Origin: a virus
DNA length: 64,000 nucleotides
IMG/VR virus record: IMGVR_UViG_3300048694_001252
Coordinates: 1 to 64,000 of that record
Direction: 5' to 3' (one strand)
Both the position numbers and the translations under genes were made by a program. This document shows positions 35,270-43,334 of this stretch, in pieces. Position 1 is the stretch's first letter; every line of letters starts with the position of its first letter. The notes under the pieces were generated by a model. That model was not told the origin of the DNA and ran no database searches. It was given only the letters and a program-made list of their open reading frames with translations.

Positions 35270-35894
35270 CTTGATCGTAGAGATTTTCCAAGCTACCATT
35301 GTTGTCAATGTGATGATCAAATCTATTGCCTACCCAGGCCCACTCGCTTTCATGGATCCGGTACCGAAACATGCTTTCTTCTAGATCGGCCACGATGCGC
35401 ATGATGGTACGTTGTTCATCGTTGGCCCGGTTGTAACATACCGCCCAGTCATACCAAACTGGTCTCGCACCACGCTCAACCCAGACGAGTTTAGCGCCAG
35501 CATTGCGTAAAGCTTCGATCTCATTGGGAAATCTACAGTCAGAAATAACTATATCATCGGTGGTTTTGCGCAGTTTGTTTTCCAGGCTTGCTACCCAGAT
35601 ATTGTCATGGAATCCGCGACGGCACACTTCGGTTCCCCACTGCTGCAATACCCATCTCGGGGTGAGATTGGGTATCTGTAATTTTTCAGCCCACCACTGA
35701 TCCACCTGTTCGCGCCAGGCCCGGCTGGTTTGGGTGCGCCCTTCCAGCATTTCGCGATCCCAACCAAATACCATACCAACAGCATCTTTGAGTGTGCTGG
35801 CAAAACTGTCGCGTCGAAATCCATGGGAATTTACCAAATAGTCAGCCATGGTGTCTTTGCCCGACCCTTGCCAACCGCAAATCGCGATGATCAT
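35220..35894 (-). CDS. Deoxynucleoside monophosphate kinase (T4 gp1-like)
   Basis: GWQGSGKDT, SFA..LKD, TPRWVLQQWGTE, SDCRFPNE, HESE. Confidence 0.92.
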   Translation of the reverse strand: MIIAICGWQGSGKDTMADYLVNSHGFRRDSFASTLKDAVGMVFGWDREMLEGRTQTSRAWREQVDQWWAEKLQIPNLTPRWVLQQWGTEVCRRGFHDNIWVASLENKLRKTTDDIVISDCRFPNEIEALRNAGAKLVWVERGARPVWYDWAVCYNRANDEQRTIMRIVADLEESMFRYRIHESEWAWVGNRFDHHIDNNGSLENLYDQVRDLVPDLPAALANRP

Positions 35895-36415
35895 TTCAGT
35901 TCCTTTATCTTGAGATACTCCAGTACATCCCACAACAGCAATATCTGGCAACAGCAATCTTCCAGGGCGTTGTGGCTGGCTGGATAGCGTTCCAGGCCGG
36001 GAGCGAGGCTAAACAAGGTGCGGCTGTCGCGCACTGCGAAATACTTCCAGGGCAGCGCCATGTTGAGACTCTTGTAGGCATGTTCCAGGATGGTCATGTC
36101 ATAGCAGGGTCCTTGCGCCCAGACGTGCCGGGCATGCCAGACCATACGGGTCAACCCCTCCAAGGCCTCGCGCAGACACACACGGTCTTGTTCCTGGAAC
36201 GCATCATCACGTATATCGTGGGGTTGGGTGGCCCACCATTCTAGAGTACCTTGCTCGATGCGGCGATCAGCCTGGCTCTCCATGTCCACACGCACATAGA
36301 ATTGGCGCCCCAATTTATCACGAGTCAAAGGGTCAAACTCAACCGCGGCAATGGTTAGTATGGTAGCATCGGGCCCGGTGCCTAGCCCTTCAATATCGAT
36401 CATGACATCAGTCAT
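35891..36415 (-). CDS. DEDDh 3'-5' exonuclease (Rv2179c/ExoVIII-like)
   Basis: MIDIEGLG, WAQG..YD, RDSRTL, HNALED. Confidence 0.85.
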   Translation of the reverse strand: MTDVMIDIEGLGTGPDATILTIAAVEFDPLTRDKLGRQFYVRVDMESQADRRIEQGTLEWWATQPHDIRDDAFQEQDRVCLREALEGLTRMVWHARHVWAQGPCYDMTILEHAYKSLNMALPWKYFAVRDSRTLFSLAPGLERYPASHNALEDCCCQILLLWDVLEYLKIKELK

Positions 36416-36421
36416 GATGCG

Positions 36422-36450
36422 ATTATAGTTGAAAACTACAGCACTGTCAA
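36422..36450 (-). promoter_or_regulatory. Perfect-consensus sigma70 promoter
   Basis: TTGACA-17 nt-TATAAT, 6 nt above ATG. Confidence 0.88.
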
Positions 36451-36457
36451 AATTGCT

Positions 36458-37228
36458 CTAGCCAATCACCCAGGTAATGGGCTGAGAACCATCCACATAG
36501 GCCTTGAGTTGCTCGAGCAAGGCATCCATTTGGGCCTGGGCTTCGGTTTTCATGGCAGTACCATTGAGGGTGCTGCCGCCCTGGGGACCGGCTATGGTAC
36601 CAAATTTTTCGCGAGCTTCGCCTATGATCATCTTGCAGTTGGCCACCATGTAGTCCCGCATCCATTGAGAAATTTGGAAATCGCTCAAGAGGTTGATCTC
36701 GGGCTTGAGGTTATAGGTCCATAGCAGTATGGCTTCGTTGCTGCCCTTGGGATCACGGATCAGTTGCAGCTTCTTGGTCACGGGGTTGTAGGTGTAATTG
36801 ATGTATCCACCAAACATGCGAGCTGCTAGTTCCACGTACTGGCTGTAGAAATCATAGGTGGCTAGACCACCGGCCACGTTGAAGTTCATGAGATATACAT
36901 TCAGGCTGGCCTGTGCAAAGGGATCAAAATTGGATGCAAATGGGCCTGTGGCATCACCAAATGTACGCCGGAAAATCTGGCGCACCGATATCACTTCCTG
37001 GGGCAATTGATAGATGTTTTCATCCTTGACCAGGTACATGAAACTGTAGCTTTCTTCATAGGCATTCTGGGCTCGCTGACGATAGGTGCCCAGGGTCTTT
37101 TGATAGGCAGCTTCGTAGTCCTCGGGATCGAGTTCCACATCAATAATGTTAGCACCCAATTGGGCGCTCACATATTTTATTAGAGCTTGTTTGAGTTCAG
37201 CGAGAGTATCTTGTTGTTGCTCGGCCAT
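36458..37228 (-). CDS. gp13: Neck protein (T4 gp13-like)
   Basis: LG..IIDVELD, W..DY..A..K...G....KF.....P.GG.TLNG. Confidence 0.85.
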   Translation of the reverse strand: MAEQQQDTLAELKQALIKYVSAQLGANIIDVELDPEDYEAAYQKTLGTYRQRAQNAYEESYSFMYLVKDENIYQLPQEVISVRQIFRRTFGDATGPFASNFDPFAQASLNVYLMNFNVAGGLATYDFYSQYVELAARMFGGYINYTYNPVTKKLQLIRDPKGSNEAILLWTYNLKPEINLLSDFQISQWMRDYMVANCKMIIGEAREKFGTIAGPQGGSTLNGTAMKTEAQAQMDALLEQLKAYVDGSQPITWVIG

Positions 37229-37269
37229 GGTTGGGTTCCTTGTGCATATTTAGCCCAGGAACCCTCTCG

Positions 37270-38418
37270 CTAGCGCACACGCAGTATGATCATATCCGCA
37301 TTGCCCCGACCATTGAATTTGGTCTCGGTGCTACGGATCTCTCGGAACACTTTACGCGCAGCAGGAGCGCCCCCACTCATGAGGCTCTTGAGCTGCTCCT
37401 TGGGTTTACGCAGGGTCTTGCGCACACTTTTGGTGGTATCATAGCCGATCAGGCCCGTGCCCTTGACCGAAAACGAACCCAGCAAATCTTCATGCACCAC
37501 GTAGATCAGCTTACGGCGTCGGGTATCATAGAGCCAGGCTTCTTGGGCATCCACCAAATCGGTCACTGGCACTGATTTCAATCCCAGTTCAGCAAACTCT
37601 CGCAGATACTTGAAACGTGCCGTGAGCTTTTCGGGACTCACGGGCTTTTTCTTGCGCGGTTTGCGCTCGACCTTTTTGACCTGCACATAGCTGGCGCAAT
37701 CGGCCACGACCTGTTCGGCAAATCGCACCATGTTGCGGACCTGGATCTTACTGAATCGGCCATAGCCCTCCACGAGATCGGCATCGCGCCCCTGGGCAGC
37801 TTCTTGCAGTTCAGCCGCTACCTGTCGCCAGTGCTGTGCGATCTCGCCCACCATTTGGGGCACGACATTGCGCTCACGCAGTATGGTCATGGGCTGGATA
37901 TCTGCGGTCATCTTGGCACCGGCCAAGATCATGGAGTCAAACAAGCCTTCGATATCACCACCGGTTTCCAGCATTTTTTCGCGCAAGCGATCCTGGATAT
38001 TGGGTCGCGGTGCTGTGGGTTTTTCTTGTACCTGGACATCGTCCTCGCCCTGCTGCAGGGCCGCTTGGATATGATCTGCGATCACCCGACGTTCACGCTC
38101 ATCCAGCGGCCAACCCATGACGTTCATGCGGCATAGCCAGCCCGGGGTGGTGCTGAAGTTTCGTTCATTGCTGCGGGCCACGCGCTGGCAAGCCGCGGCC
38201 GGGAATTCGTTACGACCCATCCAGTCGATCACGAACTTCTTGGCATCTTTGCTGTCGCAGTAATAGTTATACCAGGCAAACGCATGCAGCTGAGCCAGCC
38301 TACGGGCCGCGTCATCTTGGGGTAGCTTGGTCCACTGGGGTTCATTGCCCATGTATTTGGTGTCGGCGTCCCGGGGCATGATGGGCTTTGCGGGTTTGGC
38401 GTCAATCTTGCTCTTCAT
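37270..38418 (-). CDS. Hypothetical early protein
   Basis: 382 aa; own sigma70 promoter and GAGG SD. Confidence 0.75.
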   Translation of the reverse strand: MKSKIDAKPAKPIMPRDADTKYMGNEPQWTKLPQDDAARRLAQLHAFAWYNYYCDSKDAKKFVIDWMGRNEFPAAACQRVARSNERNFSTTPGWLCRMNVMGWPLDERERRVIADHIQAALQQGEDDVQVQEKPTAPRPNIQDRLREKMLETGGDIEGLFDSMILAGAKMTADIQPMTILRERNVVPQMVGEIAQHWRQVAAELQEAAQGRDADLVEGYGRFSKIQVRNMVRFAEQVVADCASYVQVKKVERKPRKKKPVSPEKLTARFKYLREFAELGLKSVPVTDLVDAQEAWLYDTRRRKLIYVVHEDLLGSFSVKGTGLIGYDTTKSVRKTLRKPKEQLKSLMSGGAPAARKVFREIRSTETKFNGRGNADMIILRVR

Positions 38419-38686
38419 TGGGATTCCTCATCAAAGAAGCGAATATAACATGTCCTTCAAAATTGGTCAAGGCCTCTTGGGCCTGCTGCATCAGGTTCTC
38501 AAACTGGGGTGTGGGATTGCGACGCCTACGCGAGATCACGCGCTCTTGATCGGCCCGGCGCAAGAGATCTATTGCGGGGCGACTCATGCGCCTGAGATCG
38601 CGGCGCGCAAAACGCGGCAAGCGTTCAATGCGCTCCAGACTCTGTTGCAGCCTGGAGTTTAGCTCGTCCCAATCTTCCAGTTTCAT
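38402..38686 (-). CDS. Hypothetical Arg-rich protein
   Basis: 94 aa, 6 nt below a -10 box. Confidence 0.65.
   Translation of the reverse strand: MKLEDWDELNSRLQQSLERIERLPRFARRDLRRMSRPAIDLLRRADQERVISRRRRNPTPQFENLMQQAQEALTNFEGHVIFASLMRNPNEEQD
38442..38470 (-). promoter_or_regulatory. Sigma70-type promoter
   Basis: TTGACC-17 nt-TATATT with extended TG. Confidence 0.65.
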
Positions 38687-38692
38687 ACAGTT

Positions 38693-38735
38693 ATTTTAGC
38701 TGATCGATCAATTCTGGTCAACCACCCCATAAATA
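38693..38735. promoter_or_regulatory. Divergent early (sigma70, -) and late (TAAATA, +) promoters
   Basis: TTGACC-17 nt-TAAAAT on - strand (38693-38721); TAAATA at 38730-38735, 7 nt before the + strand ATG. Confidence 0.7.
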
Positions 38736-38742
38736 CAGCACT

Positions 38743-40284
38743 ATGCCCAAACTCAGTTTATGGCGTCCCAATAGGACCCGTGATTATCAGTATCTAGATC
38801 GTATCATTAGCGAGCGCTATACCGTGGGTGGTATGGACATCTTTGTGCACAAATACATGGGCCCGCAGACCGGGGGCGAAGATTCGACCTTTAGCGGTAA
38901 CGCAGATGCCACCCAACCCGTGTACGAAACACAGAGTCCGCTCAACATACAGGACCTGCTGTTGTTGGAAAACCGCGATAGGATCTATGATCAAGACATC
39001 TACGTCATGCGCGGTGTATATACCCATCAAGACATCGACTTTGATCTCACCCAGTTTGGTCTATTTCTCAACAGTGATACCCTGTTCATGACATTTCACT
39101 TCAATGACATGATTGACACATTTGGGCGAAAACTCATGAACGGAGATGTGTTGGAACTGCCCAATCTCAAAGACTACTATCCGCTCAATGCAGCCACGCC
39201 CGAACCACTGCCGCGATACTATGTGATACAAGATGCCAACTACGCCAGTGAAGGACTCAGCCAGACCTGGTTACCACACATCTGGCGTGTCAAGGCCACA
39301 CCCTTGACCAACGCCCAGGAATTCAAAGACATCTTGAAAAAGCCCATGGTCAATAGTACCATCTGGGATAGCGACAATTTCTATCCGCAGAACAGCGTGG
39401 TCAATTACAACAATACCTACTATCGTGCTGGTGCGAATGTTCCAGCCGGTACCGACATCACCAACACCACCTACTGGACACCGTACACTCCGGGCACACA
39501 AGACGAGCTCATGACCACCCGGTTGAAGGATCAAGCAATCGACGATGCCATACTCACACAAGCCGATGTGGAAGTACCTGCATCCGGTTATGATGTCAAG
39601 AGCTATTACATCGTGCCCACGGTACAAGGTGTGCCTGTAACCCCAGCTATATGGAATCTCTGGGATCGAGACTCAGCCTACAATGCGGGTACCGTGGTCA
39701 ATATTGATCGACAGTACTGGACTGCTCGGGCTGACGTGCCGCCGGGTGTGCAAATATCCAATCAGGAATACTGGACCCCTTATCAGGCCAGTGCAGGTGG
39801 GCAACCGGCCAGCCCTGATACCCTATATACCAACAGCGCCACCACAGTGGACGGTACCCAAGGCGGTATGAATGTTACGCCCCAGGGCGATGGCTACACC
39901 GTAGGATACCTTACCGGTGATGGTGTACCGCCCAATGGTCTGCCTTGCGGTGTAGGTACCACGTTCCCATCTGGTGCTGTACCCGGCGATTACTTTTTGC
40001 GCTTGGATTATTTTCCTAACCGCCTGTTTAGATACAATGGTTCACGCTGGTTACACATCGAAGACAAAGTTCGTACCAATCTCAACAATGGCAGTGTGAA
40101 CGACACCCTGCGCAGCAGCTTTGTCAACAACACCTACACCACGGCCACCACGGATCAGGGCAACATACCCAGCCGTCAGAGTCTCAGCGAAGTGCTACGA
40201 CCTCGTGCGGACAATGGCAGCCAGGGCGGTCACTTTCCCGCCAAGCCCTATCCCAACACACAACCTGGACAGAAATCTAGCTGA
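38743..40284 (+). CDS. Neck protein (gp14-like) with two inserted CBM5/12-like repeats
   Basis: G.DIFVHKY, DLLLLENRDR, LTQFGLFL, GDVLELP; precedes the gp15-like gene. Confidence 0.65.
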   Translation: MPKLSLWRPNRTRDYQYLDRIISERYTVGGMDIFVHKYMGPQTGGEDSTFSGNADATQPVYETQSPLNIQDLLLLENRDRIYDQDIYVMRGVYTHQDIDFDLTQFGLFLNSDTLFMTFHFNDMIDTFGRKLMNGDVLELPNLKDYYPLNAATPEPLPRYYVIQDANYASEGLSQTWLPHIWRVKATPLTNAQEFKDILKKPMVNSTIWDSDNFYPQNSVVNYNNTYYRAGANVPAGTDITNTTYWTPYTPGTQDELMTTRLKDQAIDDAILTQADVEVPASGYDVKSYYIVPTVQGVPVTPAIWNLWDRDSAYNAGTVVNIDRQYWTARADVPPGVQISNQEYWTPYQASAGGQPASPDTLYTNSATTVDGTQGGMNVTPQGDGYTVGYLTGDGVPPNGLPCGVGTTFPSGAVPGDYFLRLDYFPNRLFRYNGSRWLHIEDKVRTNLNNGSVNDTLRSSFVNNTYTTATTDQGNIPSRQSLSEVLRPRADNGSQGGHFPAKPYPNTQPGQKSS

Positions 40285-40286
40285 TC

Positions 40287-41705
40287 ATGACAATCACTCA
40301 AGAATTTTTTTATGACGAGCAAATAAGACGCTTCCTCCTGCAGTTTACCCGAGCGGTATCGGGTTTTCAGGTGGAATATGGTCGTGACAAAGACGACCCC
40401 AACAAGATGGCTCTGCTACGAGTGCCAGTGCGCTACGGTGATGCCACTCGTAATGCCCAAACCATCATACAGGAAAATTCCGCTAACAATTTGCCTAGCA
40501 CTCCGCTCATGACCTTTTATATCACCAGTCTCACCTATGATCGTCAGCGACTGCAAGAACCCTATCATGTGAACAAGGTATCTGTGCGCCAACGCACCTA
40601 TGATCCAGCTACCGAAACTTATGAAACCACGCAGGGCAATGCGTTTACTGTGGAACGCCTGATGCCGGTACCCTACAAAATGAGTATCAATCTAGACATC
40701 TGGACATCAAATACCAATCAAAAATGGCAGCTATGGGAACAGTTGTCGGCCCTGTTCAATCCCAGTCTGGAAGTAACGAGCACCGATAACTTCCTGGACT
40801 GGACCAGCCTGTCTGTGATCGAACTGGATGACACTGTGTATACCAGTCGTAGCATACCCATGGGCACCGATAACCCCATAGACATCGCCACATGGAAATT
40901 CAACATACCCATTTGGCTGAGCAGTCCAGTCAAGGTCAAGAAGCTGGGAGTGGTAGAACGTGTGGTCATGAGCATGTATGATGCCCAAGGCGATTTCAAC
41001 GACGCTATCACCAACAACGATCTCTTGTTGGGTACTCGTGTGATGGTCACACCCTGGAACTACAAGTTGGTTGTCATAGACAATGCCATACAGATTCTCT
41101 ACAACCCTACCATCGTGCCCAATGGCAGTCTGGCTGATCTTGGACCCACAGCCATCGTGGCCGACAGCCCCCTGCTATGGCCTGCCGTGATAGGCGCCTA
41201 TGGTGTGTTGAGACCTGGAATCAGTCAGATCCGACTGAATCTACCACCTGAAAATCCCGACACACAGATCGTGGGTACCATTGTTGTTGATCCCAACGAT
41301 GATCGCCTGGTGATTTTCACGCCAGATGCGGATACGGTACCACAAAATACTCTCGAACCCATCAATGCCATCATAGATCCACTAATTAGTGCGCCAGGCG
41401 ATGGCCTACCCACGCCCGCCACAGGCACTAGATATCTCTTGACCCAGGCCACTGGTAGCTGGTCCAACAGTGATAACCCTTTGGCCTGGCTGGGCGAACA
41501 GGATCAACCCTTGGTGGCTCAGGCCAACGACATCATAGAGTGGATGGGCACACGCTGGCGCGTGGTTTTTGTGGCCGCGGATGAATCTACCCAACAGTTC
41601 GTGACCAACATAACTACAGGTACACAGTACGAGTGGACCGGCGAATTCTGGAAGAAAAGTTATCAAGGTGTATACATGGGTGGTGAATGGAATCTAGTGT
41701 TGTAA
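40287..41705 (+). CDS. Tail terminator/sheath stabiliser (gp15-like)
   Basis: FFYDEQIRRF..QF, VPVRYG, MPVPY....LDIW, Q..EQ...LFNP. Confidence 0.75.
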   Translation: MTITQEFFYDEQIRRFLLQFTRAVSGFQVEYGRDKDDPNKMALLRVPVRYGDATRNAQTIIQENSANNLPSTPLMTFYITSLTYDRQRLQEPYHVNKVSVRQRTYDPATETYETTQGNAFTVERLMPVPYKMSINLDIWTSNTNQKWQLWEQLSALFNPSLEVTSTDNFLDWTSLSVIELDDTVYTSRSIPMGTDNPIDIATWKFNIPIWLSSPVKVKKLGVVERVVMSMYDAQGDFNDAITNNDLLLGTRVMVTPWNYKLVVIDNAIQILYNPTIVPNGSLADLGPTAIVADSPLLWPAVIGAYGVLRPGISQIRLNLPPENPDTQIVGTIVVDPNDDRLVIFTPDADTVPQNTLEPINAIIDPLISAPGDGLPTPATGTRYLLTQATGSWSNSDNPLAWLGEQDQPLVAQANDIIEWMGTRWRVVFVAADESTQQFVTNITTGTQYEWTGEFWKKSYQGVYMGGEWNLVL

Positions 41706-42115
41706 AAGCAGTAGGTGTGTGGTTCCGAGCTGTCACTACCGGTCGTTATCTCTATCTCATGCGCAATGATCCCCGGCATCCCCAGGTCTGGGGCCTGCCC
41801 GGCGGCAAAATTGAATCAGGCGAAACGCTCTTGGGTGGTATGGAACGCGAATGCTGCGAAGAACTGGGCCGCATGCCCTCGTATCTACGCCTGATGCCTC
41901 TGGAGAAATTTACCAGCGCCGACGGACATTTTGAATACAACACCTGGGTGTGTGTGGTGGCCGAGGAATTCCAACCCCGACTCAACTCGGAACACTTGGG
42001 CTATGCCTGGATCGATGCGGGACAATGGCCTCGGCCCATGCATCCCGGTCTCTGGAACGTGATCAACATTGAAGATGTACAGGGCAAACTGCGCTTGATC
42101 GAAGCTAGCTCTTGA
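41687..42115 (+). CDS. NUDIX hydrolase
   Basis: WGLPGGKIESGETLLGGMERECCEELG Nudix box. Confidence 0.88.
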   Translation: MESSVVKAVGVWFRAVTTGRYLYLMRNDPRHPQVWGLPGGKIESGETLLGGMERECCEELGRMPSYLRLMPLEKFTSADGHFEYNTWVCVVAEEFQPRLNSEHLGYAWIDAGQWPRPMHPGLWNVINIEDVQGKLRLIEASS

Positions 42116-43334
42116 CAGTGCCAAACAGGTAGTGGTCCGCTGGTTTGACCGCGGTACCAAGATCGCGCAGTTGATCACGAACTGGGGCATTGATCAGATC
42201 CGGATGCACCCACCAGTCTTCGTAGCTGTGCGTGAGATCAAAGGCTACATCTCCGGCCATGAGTTCGTAGCCCTGTTTCCTTAGATAATCGCGACTGCGA
42301 TCTCGCACACCGGGATCGGCATAGTAGTCATGCTCAAAGGTCACCACAGCAAATCGATAGCGGTCCCAAGGCATGCTCATCAAGATGCGGAGGCTGTTTT
42401 CGGGCGGCTCGCAGTCTATCTGTAGATAGCCTAGATCTCGGGGCGCGCCATACTGCGCTAGTAGGGCTGCATAGTCGGTACGGGTAGCATCCTGGCACAA
42501 TACTGTGTTACGCCGCTGACGACCAAAGTCTTCTACCTTGGCCTGGTTTATGTCCAGGCTGATACCACGCCAGCCAAAGCGCGTTTCTAGCAGAGCCGTG
42601 TTGTTGTGGTAAAAGGGTTCGGCGCTGCCCACTTCGAGATACCATTTTTCTCGTTGGCCTTGATTGGCTGCCAAAACAAATATGTCCTGCAGACTCTGAC
42701 TGTGGTTTTGTGAGAGGTCGTGTAGTCCCGAGAAAGCACAGCGTATGTGGTTGGCCTGACTGGGATCAAAGGGCAGATTCAGTCGCGGCCAACCGCACAC
42801 CTGGAGATTGCGATCGCAGGCGTTGCGATGTATGTCATCAAGTGGATGGCTATAGCGCAGCTCAAACATCATGCGTCGGCTCTGTTCACATTCACCCACC
42901 CACCAGGCACACACTGCCTGTTCAAACAACAAGCCCCAGCGTCCGGGATATTCCACATTGGTCAAAAGTGGTGCGTGATCCCAGCTGCAAATCTTGAGAG
43001 CCATGTTGCTCATGGTCCAACCCTCGTGCCATTGCTCCTGGCGTTCGTGTGCTCGAGCTAGTAGGAAGTAGGCCTCGGGTCGATCCATCATGAGATTGAT
43101 GGCCTTTTGCAACAGTACCTTTTGGGTGTCGTCGCGTGTTTTTTGCTTGCCAAAGCAGAGAGACATACGCAGCAAACTCTCGTATTGCAGCAAGATGTCC
43201 TGAGCTCGTTCGGCGGTGCGCAGATAAAAGCTGATGGCAGCACCAGTCTGGCCCAGGAGTTCATACTCCAGACCCAGATGAAAGTTGCAGCCAGCATCTT
43301 CGGGGTTATTGACGTAGTCTAAGAGATGTTTCAT
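42105..43334 (-). CDS. TPR domain plus FkbM-like methyltransferase
   Basis: N-terminal TPR-like helices (RPEAYFLL); YLEVGS..P...NNT.LLE, YLQIDCE, TFEHD, EDWWVHP. Confidence 0.75.
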   Translation of the reverse strand: MKHLLDYVNNPEDAGCNFHLGLEYELLGQTGAAISFYLRTAERAQDILLQYESLLRMSLCFGKQKTRDDTQKVLLQKAINLMMDRPEAYFLLARAHERQEQWHEGWTMSNMALKICSWDHAPLLTNVEYPGRWGLLFEQAVCAWWVGECEQSRRMMFELRYSHPLDDIHRNACDRNLQVCGWPRLNLPFDPSQANHIRCAFSGLHDLSQNHSQSLQDIFVLAANQGQREKWYLEVGSAEPFYHNNTALLETRFGWRGISLDINQAKVEDFGRQRRNTVLCQDATRTDYAALLAQYGAPRDLGYLQIDCEPPENSLRILMSMPWDRYRFAVVTFEHDYYADPGVRDRSRDYLRKQGYELMAGDVAFDLTHSYEDWWVHPDLINAPVRDQLRDLGTAVKPADHYLFGTVKS

